The translations under genes and the position numbers were made by a program. The notes beneath the pieces were generated by a model. It was given only the letters and a program-made list of their open reading frames with translations. It made no database searches and was not told the origin of the DNA. From positions 139,828-203,827 of the forward strand of contig CALWRJ010000010.1 in NCBI GenBank assembly GCA_944383915.1: a stretch of DNA of 64,000 bases. The letters run 5' to 3'. Shown here piece by piece: positions 47,827 through 59,050 of the stretch. Numbering within the stretch: the stretch's first letter is position 1; each line of letters starts with the position of its first letter. This DNA is from an uncultured Clostridia bacterium. Its GTDB lineage: Bacteria; Bacillota; Clostridia; Christensenellales; UBA1242.

Positions 47827-48788
47827 AGTACTCCAAAGTAAACAAGACTTAAAATTATTAAAAATACGATGCCGACCGCGATAGGAAGGATAAGCAAGCG
47901 GTTGCGCACGGGTTTTTCTAAAATGGTTTGAGTGTCCTCGGGGTCGTCTGCGGTCCACCCTGCCTTATTCTTTAAAAATTTCACCACGATATACACAAGC
48001 GCCGATGCTCCCAGCACGCACCCAAGCGCTACCAAGATTTCCCACCACACGAACGGTGCGCCACTGTCCGTAAAAAAGTACATTATAAACAACGATGTTA
48101 GGTTGTTACAAAAGTGAATTATTATACTCAGCCAAATATTTCGCGTGTAGTATACGATTAGCCCGAGAATTATTCCTAGAATGAGCGTGTACGGGAGTTG
48201 TTGGAGGTTCATATGCATTAGGCTAAACATTACCGCGCTAAATCCAATAGAGATTACCGCGCCGTACTTGCGGAGTCCGTTAAGCACGAGTCCGCGGAAC
48301 AGAAATTCCTCGCAGACTGCTGGAATTAATGCGAAAATGAATATTGCAAGAATAAACCAGCCCGCAGTATCGAAGGGCATCGGCAGTTCGCTAGTTGCGT
48401 TATATCCTACGCTTGTTAAAAACTGCGTCCAAAGGTCTATTAATGGATAGAATAAGAATACTAGCGCGATTCCTAGGACAGTTACGATTAGGTAAAAATA
48501 CCACGGAGCAGTCGTTTTTAGGTTGGTTGCCTCGATGAAATTTACCTGTTTTTTGTAACTAATTATCCAGAACACGAAAAAGAACGCCAGTTCGCTCAGC
48601 ACTTGAATAATTAGCATAAAGGCGGTATTTTGAGAGAGTCCGCTCTCCTCGCCACCTGCGATTGCGATGATGATTGACGCGAGAATTGTTACTATTAGCG
48701 GAGCGCCTAGTCCCCAAATTCCACCGAGGGCGGAGTGCTGGATGTTGTATCGATTGCTTAAATTTTCCCTATTGTATCGTTTAATCAT
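47823..48788 (-). CDS. CPBP-family intramembrane glutamic protease (CAAX protease-like)
   Basis: Motifs CEEFLFRG, FSLMH and HFCNN; 321 aa, multi-pass. Confidence 0.75.
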   Translation of the reverse strand: MIKRYNRENLSNRYNIQHSALGGIWGLGAPLIVTILASIIIAIAGGEESGLSQNTAFMLIIQVLSELAFFFVFWIISYKKQVNFIEATNLKTTAPWYFYLIVTVLGIALVFLFYPLIDLWTQFLTSVGYNATSELPMPFDTAGWFILAIFIFALIPAVCEEFLFRGLVLNGLRKYGAVISIGFSAVMFSLMHMNLQQLPYTLILGIILGLIVYYTRNIWLSIIIHFCNNLTSLFIMYFFTDSGAPFVWWEILVALGCVLGASALVYIVVKFLKNKAGWTADDPEDTQTILEKPVRNRLLILPIAVGIVFLIILSLVYFGVL

Positions 48789-48904
48789 AATTACCCTTTT
48801 GTGTTTTATTTACCTATTGTATCAAATTATGCGCGCATATTCAATCAATTTTCCAAAATTTTTCATTTTTCGCGCGTTTTTAATGTTGATTTTTTTGATT
48901 TAAC

Positions 48905-49260
48905 TGTTGTTTAAATTTTTGGCAAAAATTTTTGCTAGCGCAAAATCTTTTTGCACTGAAAACAAAATTTTTTTAGTTATTTCTGCCTTAATTCCTAATT
49001 CCTAATTCCTAATTAACTTATTTTTTCCGCTACGCGCGGTGCGGTGCGAAGGCGCACTCCCAATAGCGCATAAATGCGCGGAAGCCCGTAAGTATTATTG
49101 CATTTCTTTATTTTTTGTGTAATTAGAAATAAGTTAGTATCAAAAATATATATTTTTATAAATTATTCCTTAATTCCTAATTACTAATTAAGCGTAGCCG
49201 AAAGGCGTAGCGTACATCCTTAATTCCTAATTACTAATTCCTAATTCCTAATTTATTCAC
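48905..49260. repeat. mosaic intergenic repeat element (locus 9), last units extend into the CDS 3' end
   Basis: Palindromes GCAAAAATTTTTGC (48922-48935) and GCAAAATCTTTTTGC (48940-48954), CCTAATT x3, core copy 4, CCTAATT/ACTAATT arrays. Array units encode the final ..LGIRN and the TAG stop of CDS 49234-50385. Confidence 0.85.
49027..49140 (+). repeat. structured core of mosaic element, copy 4
   Basis: CCGC-TACGC-GCGG, GTGCG-AAGG-CGCAC, CCCAATAGC, GCGCAT-AA-ATGCGC, GGAAGCCCGTAAGTATT, AATTAGAAATAAG. Confidence 0.8.
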
Positions 49261-50385
49261 TATGGCTTTTAATATTTGGTAAACGATTACAAGCACGATT
49301 ACAATCATCATAATAGACATCATAAGATTAATATATTCCTCTAAGGTAAAGCAGAATAACGCGACTAGACTACTATCTATTGTGTTTGCCACGGTGAGTG
49401 CTAAAATCGAGCGCCCAACATCGAGTCGCAGTACCGAGCAAAGCGCGGCGGCGGTCCACACCCCAGACAACGGAATAGGAAGGGCGCAAAAAATGAAAAC
49501 TATCCAGAACTTGCCCCAAATGTAGTTATTTTGTGATTTTTTTGCACTTTTTTCGCGTTTTTTATCAATTTTTTGTTGTTTTTTGGTGATTTTTAGTTGT
49601 TTTTTGTCTATTTTTTGTACTTTTTTATCGATTTTTGGCGAATTTTCGTCTACAACATTATTTTCAACACTTCCGCCAAAAGTTATATTTCGCACATTAA
49701 TACCGTTTTCCGCCTGCATAGTACCACTATTTTCATTTTTAAAGGCGGTATTTTCATAATTATTCCCCTTATGCGTAATACCGCTTTGACTTAAAATATT
49801 GTGCTTTTTTATATGCATAGTACTTGTTTTTTTATGAAAAATAGCGTTTTTTAAATCTTGCATAGTACTATTGTTTGTATTATCGTCTTGTTTTGAAGTT
49901 GCTAAATTTAGATTTTTATTATCAATTTGAATTGTTTGATTTGGTGGTGCATTTTTTAAATTAAAGGTTGTATTTTTGTTAATTTTTGTTGTTTTTTCGT
50001 GATTTTTTGCTGAATATAGTGAATTTTGTTCTTTTTTGCTTAATTTTTCTGCTTTTTTGTTCTCTTTTTTAAGGACTCTAATTCGCTTTTTTTCGCTTTG
50101 TTTTGCTAGCCACTCAATGACGCGCGCATCGCACGAATCAAAAAATCTTTTTAAAAAAGGAATGCGCTCGAGTAATTTACGAAAGGGCAAAAAAATTGCC
50201 ACCGCGATAAAGGCGACAACAATTCCCCCTAGCGTTGCCGAAAGCCACGCAAGAGTGGCAGAAAGCGCACCATCGCCCCAAATAGCCGTGCTCATAACGA
50301 CAGGAATTGCGCCCTTCGTTTCTAAAACGGGTATCATTGCTAAAAACATACCCACAAAAAATACTAAAATCGGTGAAAAAGCCAT
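49234..50385 (-). CDS. small-multidrug-export-like (COG2426-type) membrane protein split by a ~190-aa low-complexity insert
   Basis: N-terminal (aa 1-96) and C-terminal (aa 287-383) TM halves together resemble a ~150-200-aa 4-TM family. The middle is K/N/Q-rich (KIDKKVQKIDKKQLKITKKQQKIDKK). Confidence 0.45.
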   Translation of the reverse strand: MAFSPILVFFVGMFLAMIPVLETKGAIPVVMSTAIWGDGALSATLAWLSATLGGIVVAFIAVAIFLPFRKLLERIPFLKRFFDSCDARVIEWLAKQSEKKRIRVLKKENKKAEKLSKKEQNSLYSAKNHEKTTKINKNTTFNLKNAPPNQTIQIDNKNLNLATSKQDDNTNNSTMQDLKNAIFHKKTSTMHIKKHNILSQSGITHKGNNYENTAFKNENSGTMQAENGINVRNITFGGSVENNVVDENSPKIDKKVQKIDKKQLKITKKQQKIDKKREKSAKKSQNNYIWGKFWIVFIFCALPIPLSGVWTAAALCSVLRLDVGRSILALTVANTIDSSLVALFCFTLEEYINLMMSIMMIVIVLVIVYQILKAIVNKLGIRN

Positions 50386-50690
50386 ACTTTAATATATTAC
50401 AAATTAAATAATTTTAGAATAAAGAACATACCAAATTAGAAATTAGGATTCTTACTCGCTGACGCTCGAATTTTGAATTAGGAATTGTGAATTTTGAATT
50501 ACGGCTGAAATTATCTAAATTAATATTTTATACCCAGCCTTAATTTCCAATTCCTAATTTCTAATTCCTAATTTGCGCTACGCGCATAGGCTTGCGCGCT
50601 AGCGCACAACAACTGCTAATTGCTACCTGCTAATTGCTAATTCTTGCGAAGCAAGTAAGATTGCTAATTGCTAATTAAATTTTGAACTTG
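50386..50690. repeat. mosaic intergenic repeat element (locus 10)
   Basis: AATTAGA/AATTAGG units, TTTGAATT units, ACGGCTGAAATTATC..TATACCCAGCCTTAA, CCTAATT-type array, GCGCGCTAGCGCAC, GCTAATT-GCTACCT-GCTAATT signature, CTTGC-GAA-GCAAG TAAGATT. Confidence 0.85.
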
Positions 50691-50730
50691 CGTGCAAAAT
50701 TTAAAAGGCACAAGTTAAACTCGTGCCGAA

Positions 50731-50806
50731 TGGAGCAGGTAAAGAGAATCGAACTCTCACATCAAGCTTGGGAAGCTCGTGTTCTACCACTAAACTATAC
50801 CTGCGC
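50731..50806 (-). tRNA. tRNA-Gly (anticodon CCC)
   Basis: The reverse complement folds as GCGCAGG.., anticodon stem-loop CGAGC-TTCCCAA-GCTTG, T-arm GAGAGTTCGATTCTCTT, encoded CCA. Confidence 0.85.
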
Positions 50807-50863
50807 GAAACTTTTAATTAAAGACGATTGTAGTAAAACTTCAAACGCGCCTAAAACGATATT

Positions 50864-50892
50864 ATTATACTCTAAATTTACAAAAAAATCAA
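50864..50892 (-). promoter_or_regulatory. sigma-A-type promoter of tRNA-Gly
   Basis: Minus strand reads TTGATT-17 nt-TATAAT, about 55 nt upstream of the tRNA. Confidence 0.6.
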
Positions 50893-50940
50893 GTATTTGA
50901 TTACCTTTTTGTTTTAAATAATGTTAGTAATCTATAAAAC

Positions 50941-50975
50941 AAAAAGAACCTAGTTTTTTCGTAGGTTCTTTTAAT
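50941..50975 (-). terminator. bidirectional Rho-independent terminator downstream of gyrA
   Basis: AAAAGAACCTA-GTTTTTTCG-TAGGTTCTTTT. Confidence 0.7.
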
Positions 50976-51174
50976 TTAGGTTATTTGACACTATATTATT
51001 AAATTTGCCATTTATTATTAATTGATAATTATTAAATTTGATATTATTTAGGCATTATACTATCAAATTTTGTCACTTAGTGTTTAAATTTTGTCACTAA
51101 ACTACATTTTTGAGTTATGTTGTGATAAATTATTAAGATATTGTTTTATGGTAAAATCGTTATGTTTTCGCCTT

Positions 51175-53985
51175 TTAATTTGTGTTTTCAGCATCATCAT
51201 TATTTATTATTTCGGTGTTTTCTGCGGTTTCGTTTTCGTCATTTGCGTTTTCGTTTGAAGTATTTTCTGCGTTGTTTTCTGCGTTGTTTTCTGCATTTGC
51301 GTTTGAAGTGTTTTCCGCGTTATTTTCGCTGTTTGGGTTGTCTTGCTCGTTTGCTGGTTCATCTGGGTCGGCGGTAACGGTTGCGATGCTTGCGATTGTG
51401 TTACCGTTGCGGAGTTTCATCATACGAACGCCTATTGAGATACGGCTAACCTTACGGACATCGTTAGATTTTAGGCGAATAGTCATACCGTTGTTGGTAA
51501 TTAGGATAATATCGTCATTTGGTTCAATCTGGCGAAGTCCTACAAGGTCGCCTGTTTTTTCGTTAAATTCGCCAGCGCGGACACCCATTCCACCGCGAGA
51601 TTGGAGTCTATAATCTGTAATATCGGCGCGTTTTCCGTAACCGTTTGCTGTGATGGTAAGGACTTCGTTATTCGGTTTAATAATGCACATATCGACAAGT
51701 TTTGCGCCGTTGTCTAGGTGCATAGCCTTAACACCACGCGCGGTACGCCCGAGCGGACGGAGTTTTGTTTCGCTGAAACGGATACATTTGCCGGCGCTTG
51801 AAGCGACTAAAATATCGTCATCGCCCTTGCTGAGTTCGACTTTTACGAGTTCGTCCCCTTCGTCTAGCGAGATTGCTCGTTTGCCGACTTTCATAATATT
51901 GAAAAATTCGGTTACGGGCGTTTTCTTGATAAGTCCGTTTTTGGTTACCATAACGAGATAGCCCTTGCCGTTTGAAGTGTCCACGAAGTTTTCCTCGTTC
52001 TCGTTTTCGCTTTCGTCCTCAACGGTTTCGTCTGGCTCTAACGAGTTAAACGCGCTTTGCTCGGCAATGTCTGTTGTATCATCATAAACTGCGCCGTAAT
52101 TTGCCTTAGGGGTGAGCATTTGGTATGGAAGTCTAATCATCGCGTTTACGCTCTCGCCCTGGTTTAATTGAAGCAAATTGATAATTGCGCGCCCTTTGCT
52201 TGTTTTACTGCCTTCGGGGATTTCGTAGTTTTTAATTGAGTAAACTTTCCCTAGGTTTGTAAAGAACAAAATTGAGTCGTGGGTATTTGCGACAAACATA
52301 CGGTTTATGAAGTCGTTGTCCTTTGACTTGTGTGTAGTTATGCCGACTCCCCCGCGGTTTTGCGTGTGGTACTCGCTCAACGCCATTCGTTTAATGTAGC
52401 CTTGGGCGGTCATACTAACGACCATATCCTCTTTTGCGATTAAGTCCTCGACATCGAAGTTGCCGATATCGTGGCTAATTTCGGTACGGCGCGGAGTGTT
52501 GTATTTTTCCTTAATTTCGGTAAGTTCTTTTGCGATAATTGCAAGCACTTTGTTTGGGTTTTCCAAAATTGACTCGCACTCTTTGATGAAAGCGCGCAAG
52601 TCGTTTAACTCTTGTTGGAGTTTCTCGACTTCTAATGCGGTTAGACGAGCAAGGCGCATATCGAGAATGGCGTTTGCTTGTTTTTCGGAGAGTTCAAACT
52701 TGGTGCACAAATTAGTTAGCGCGTCCGTGCGTTCTTTACTGCTCTTAATAATATGGATAACTTCGTCAATGTTGGCGAGCGCGATAACTAGCCCTTCGAC
52801 AATGTGTGCGCGTTCTTTTGCGCGCTCGAGGTCGTACTTTGTCCTACGAACGATAACATCTTTTTGGTGTTCGAGGTAGTAGTACAACATTTCTTTTAGG
52901 TTTAAAACGCGGGGTTCGCCGTCCACGAGTGCTAGGAAAATAATTCCCATACTTGTTTGGAGTTGCGAATGTTTATATAGTAGGTTTAGGACGACTTGCG
53001 GGTTGGCATCGCGTTTTAGGTCGACAACGATTCGCATACCGTGGCGGTCGGACTCCTCTTTGATATCGGCGATTCCGTCAATTTTCTTATCTTTTACGAG
53101 GTTTGCCATTTGGATAATAAGTTGTGCTTTATTTACCTGGTAAGGTATTTCGGTAATGACGATTTTTGCCTTATTACCATCGTCCTCGATTTCGGCGCGA
53201 GCGCGTGTAACGACTTTCCCGTGCCCTGTTTTATAAGCCTGTCTAACGCCCATTCGTCCCATAATAATTGCGCCTGTAGGGAAGTCTGGGGCTTTTATGT
53301 AAGTCATTAGTTCGTCAATTTCGATATCGGGGTTATTAATTAGCGCGATAACGCCATCGATGACTTCGCCTAAATTGTGTGGTGGGATTGCTGTAGCCAT
53401 ACCTACGGCGATACCGTCAGCGCCGTTTACGAGCAAGTTCGGGTAGCGGGCGGGCAAGACAACGGGTTGTTGCAAGGTGTCATCGAAGTTTGGCGCGAAG
53501 TCGACTGAGTCTTTGTCGATGTCGCGGAGCATTTCGGCGGCGATTTTGCTAAGGCGCGCCTCGGTATAACGCTGTGCTGCGGCTGGGTCGCCGTCAATAC
53601 TACCGAAGTTTCCCTGTCCGTCAACGAGTGGGGCGCGCATTGTAAAGGGTTGTGCGAGGCGGACGAGAGCGTCATAGACTGCGGAGTCGCCGTGTGGGTG
53701 ATATTTACCTAGGACATCGCCGACAATACGCGCGCATTTACGGTATGGTTTATCGTTAAATAGGTTTAGTTCGCTCATACTGTACAAAATTCTGCGGTGG
53801 ACGGGCTTTAAGCCATCGCGGACATCGGGTATTGCACGCGTTACATTTACCGCCATTGCGTAGCCGATGAAACTCTCTTTCATTTCCTGGACGAGTTGGC
53901 GCTTTATAACGCGCGTGTTGTCCTGCTTGTCGTCAACAATGGGGTTCTCTGGTGTAATCGGTGTTGAATTTTCTTGATTTTCCAT
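51175..53985 (-). CDS. gyrA: DNA gyrase subunit A with acidic N/E/A-rich C-terminal tail
   Basis: 936 aa. ..[24 protein letters not shown].., active-site ..RYTE... The tail is ..[23 protein letters not shown].. (51178-51375). Confidence 0.97.
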   Translation of the reverse strand: MENQENSTPITPENPIVDDKQDNTRVIKRQLVQEMKESFIGYAMAVNVTRAIPDVRDGLKPVHRRILYSMSELNLFNDKPYRKCARIVGDVLGKYHPHGDSAVYDALVRLAQPFTMRAPLVDGQGNFGSIDGDPAAAQRYTEARLSKIAAEMLRDIDKDSVDFAPNFDDTLQQPVVLPARYPNLLVNGADGIAVGMATAIPPHNLGEVIDGVIALINNPDIEIDELMTYIKAPDFPTGAIIMGRMGVRQAYKTGHGKVVTRARAEIEDDGNKAKIVITEIPYQVNKAQLIIQMANLVKDKKIDGIADIKEESDRHGMRIVVDLKRDANPQVVLNLLYKHSQLQTSMGIIFLALVDGEPRVLNLKEMLYYYLEHQKDVIVRRTKYDLERAKERAHIVEGLVIALANIDEVIHIIKSSKERTDALTNLCTKFELSEKQANAILDMRLARLTALEVEKLQQELNDLRAFIKECESILENPNKVLAIIAKELTEIKEKYNTPRRTEISHDIGNFDVEDLIAKEDMVVSMTAQGYIKRMALSEYHTQNRGGVGITTHKSKDNDFINRMFVANTHDSILFFTNLGKVYSIKNYEIPEGSKTSKGRAIINLLQLNQGESVNAMIRLPYQMLTPKANYGAVYDDTTDIAEQSAFNSLEPDETVEDESENENEENFVDTSNGKGYLVMVTKNGLIKKTPVTEFFNIMKVGKRAISLDEGDELVKVELSKGDDDILVASSAGKCIRFSETKLRPLGRTARGVKAMHLDNGAKLVDMCIIKPNNEVLTITANGYGKRADITDYRLQSRGGMGVRAGEFNEKTGDLVGLRQIEPNDDIILITNNGMTIRLKSNDVRKVSRISIGVRMMKLRNGNTIASIATVTADPDEPANEQDNPNSENNAENTSNANAENNAENNAENTSNENANDENETAENTEIINNDDAENTN

Positions 53986-54615
53986 AATTTTTTCCTTAAT
54001 TTTATTTATTTTTTGTTAATTTTATTTTTGTAGTTTTTTGTGTTTTTTGGGTTTGTTAGATTTTTTGTTTAGTTTAGTTTTGTTACTTTTTTGGCTTTAA
54101 AATTTTCACTTCGTGAAAACATTAAAGCACAGAAAACAAAATTTTTTCGCTTCGCTCAAATTAGCAATTAGCAGGTAGCAATTAGCAGTTGTTGTGCGCT
54201 AGCGCGCAAGCAATATAAATATTTTTAAAATACTACTGCCTTAATTCCTAATTTCTAATTTCTAATTCCTAATTATTTACTTTTTTCCGCTACGCGCGGT
54301 GCGGGACGGTAGCCCTTCCAGGCAATACGCCTACGGCGAGTACAATACTCTTTGAATATACTCAGCCTTAACTGCTAATTGCTAATTGCTCATTGCTAAT
54401 TCTTGCGAAGCAAGTAAGACTGCTAATTGCTACCTGCTAATTGCTAATTCGCGTGTAACGCGCAAGCCCCCGCGGACTCATTAGCAAACAAAGTTCGCGA
54501 AATCTATACCCAGCCTTAACTGCTAATTTCTAATTGCTAATTGCTAATTTGAGCGTAGCGAATAAAATTGCTAATTGCTAATTGCTAATTGTTTAATTTT
54601 GAATTACATTCAAAA
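53986..54615. repeat. mosaic intergenic repeat element (locus 11) separating gyrB and gyrA by 630 bp
   Basis: T-rich leader, TTTTCAC-TTC-GTGAAAA, AATTAGC..AGGTAGC signature (54159-54188) inverted again at 54420-54449, CCTAATT-type array, core copy 5, several GCTAATT arrays, and the palindrome GTTTAATTTTGAAT-TAC-ATTCAAAATTAAAC at the gyrB stop. Confidence 0.85.
54287..54350 (+). repeat. structured core of mosaic element, copy 5 (truncated)
   Basis: CCGC-TACGC-GCGG TGCGGGACGGTAGCCCTTCCAGGCAATACGCCTACGGCGAGTACAAT matches the extra segment of copy 2. A fragment CCCCCGCGGACTCATTAGC recurs at about 54467. Confidence 0.65.
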
Positions 54616-57155
<2,540 letters not shown>

Positions 57156-58370
57156 TCAATTTTTTGCAAAGTATTCCGCGCATTTCTTTTCGGCTTTTAG
57201 GGCAAATTTTTGAGCGCTTAAAGAGTCGCTATCTAGCATATCAAAAATATGTTCTTTTACGAGTTTGCCCGAGACAACTTGTTCGCGGTATGCACGGTAT
57301 TTTTCGATTTGTTCTTGTGAAAGCGAGTCGAGTTTGTTAGCGAACACGGAGTCGCAGAAGTCGACTAATTCTTTATTATACCGTGCAATCGCGCGAAGGC
57401 GGAAGTTATGTCGGCTGGCGTACTCGTCATCGTCACGCGCTATTTCGCCGTTGCCTTTTAGCGAGTGCCACCACGAATTTAGTCGTTTTCGGCGGTCGTC
57501 CGCGCAATCGGGTTTGATATGTGAGATATACAAGTACAGTAGTTTTTTAAACTCGGCGGTTTGCGCCGAAGTCTCGCGTTCGTTTTCGTTAAATACACTC
57601 GCGCTCTCGCCCATTACGAACTCGCGCCGAAGGATATTATTATTTAGCACATTCCACATACCGCAGAAAGTGGACACAACATCGGCGAAAGTTTCGAAGG
57701 GGGCGTTTCCGTATGATTCTGGCACGATTTTTTCTAAAATATCGTTCTCCCAGTTTGAGACGATGCCCTCCTCCATAAAGAGCGCGTACGGGTCGGTGGC
57801 GTATTTATTTTGAGAATCAACGCAGAAACTATAAAAGTGGTACGAGACATTGCCGAGGCGCAGAATTTCGGTATCGCGCACGAAACGGGGCCCTGAGTAC
57901 GAGTATATATAATTCGCCTTATTGAAGGGTTCGGTATGTCCGCCTGACATTGCGTGCAATAATTCGTGGACGAACGCGCCGGCGGTATTTTTGGAGAATG
58001 CCAGGTTATCGTCAAAGTCGGGCGAATGTATGTTTTCGTTGAGTTCGATTTTTTCGGAGATATTATCCTTAAAGAAGGGGGCGAAGTCGGGCGTTGTTTT
58101 TTCGCCTGTGCGCACGGTGTTTTCGTCCTGGTTGGTTATTTTAATGCTATTATAGCGTTTACCTTTATAAACGGTGGACTCGGTCATTCCAAAAATGCGG
58201 ACATCGGTTTCCCCAAAATGAAGTTTGGTATTTAGTATTCGCGCGACAATCTCGTAGCGCATTTCGGGGACGAGTGTCGAGACTTCGCGGTAGAACGCTG
58301 GAATCATTGTCGCGTACGGTCCAAATCTCTTATTTAGCAAATCTGCGTTTTCGATTTCTTTTTCTTTCAT
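57156..58370 (-). CDS. hypothetical HExxH (zincin-like) protein, paralog 1
   Basis: 404 aa. FVHELLHAM, downstream MEEGIVSNWENDILE, N-terminal KRFGPY. No signal peptide. Paralog of CDS 59029-60669. Confidence 0.5.
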   Translation of the reverse strand: MKEKEIENADLLNKRFGPYATMIPAFYREVSTLVPEMRYEIVARILNTKLHFGETDVRIFGMTESTVYKGKRYNSIKITNQDENTVRTGEKTTPDFAPFFKDNISEKIELNENIHSPDFDDNLAFSKNTAGAFVHELLHAMSGGHTEPFNKANYIYSYSGPRFVRDTEILRLGNVSYHFYSFCVDSQNKYATDPYALFMEEGIVSNWENDILEKIVPESYGNAPFETFADVVSTFCGMWNVLNNNILRREFVMGESASVFNENERETSAQTAEFKKLLYLYISHIKPDCADDRRKRLNSWWHSLKGNGEIARDDDEYASRHNFRLRAIARYNKELVDFCDSVFANKLDSLSQEQIEKYRAYREQVVSGKLVKEHIFDMLDSDSLSAQKFALKAEKKCAEYFAKN

Positions 58371-59050
58371 TTTTCCACTTTTAATATTATTTGTTTGATT
58401 GTTTAGTTTGTTTTGATTTTTTGATTTTATAGTTTTTTATTTATTTAGGCAAAAATTTTTGCTAACGCAAAATCTTTTTGCACTCAAAACAAAATTTTTT
58501 CGCTTCACTCAAATTAGCAATTAGCAGGTAGCAATTAGCAATTAACGCTGGGTTAAAAATTAATTTGGATAATTTCAGCCGTAATTTAAAATTCAAAATT
58601 CCTAATTCAAAATTCGAGCGCCAGCGAGTAAAATTCCTAATTCCTAATTATTTTACCCGCTACGCGCGGTGCGGTGCGAAGGCGCACTCCCAATAGCGCA
58701 TAGATGCGCGTTGTCCGTAAATATAATTGCTTTTCTTTTTTATGTTTACACTAAATTATGCTAATATCTAATTTATAAAAAGGAAGTTTATCTATTTATA
58801 ATTGCTTGCGCGCGTTCGCTATGCTTAAATTAGGAATTGTGAATTAGGAATTAGTAATTAAGGAGTTATATTAATATTATTTAATGCTTGCGCGCTAGCG
58901 CACAACAACTGCTAATTGCTAATTGCTAATTGCTAATTCTTGCGAAGCAAGTAAGACTGCTAATTGCTAATTGCTAATTGCTAATTCTTGCGAAGCAAGT
59001 AAGACTGCTAATTGCTAATTGCTAATTGCTAATTCTTGCGAAGCAAGTAG
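58371..59050. repeat. mosaic intergenic repeat element (locus 13), ends in a 48-bp x3 tandem repeat
   Basis: T-rich leader, palindrome pair (58448-58480), AATTAGC signature, core copy 7, AATTAGG units, GCGCGCTAGCGCAC, then 3 units of ACTGCTAATT(GCTAATT)3CTTGCGAAGCAAGTAAG (58907-59050) overlapping the 3' end of CDS 59029. My count may be off by 1 nt here. Confidence 0.8.
58656..58790 (+). repeat. structured core of mosaic element, copy 7
   Basis: CCGC-TACGC-GCGG, GTGCG-AAGG-CGCAC, CCCAATAGC, GCGCAT-AG-ATGCGC, GTTGTCCGTAAATATA, ..AAAAAGGAAGTTTAT. Confidence 0.8.

Noticed and set aside
51141-53675. Multiple + and - strand ORFs nested in gyrA (for example 51182-51613, 52460-52879, 53427-53675), and similar ORFs inside mfd, groEL, gyrB, recF and the HExxH genes.
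   Set aside because: They overlap strongly supported conserved genes in other frames, give Ser/Arg/Cys-rich low-complexity translations, and have no RBS. They are typical shadow ORFs.
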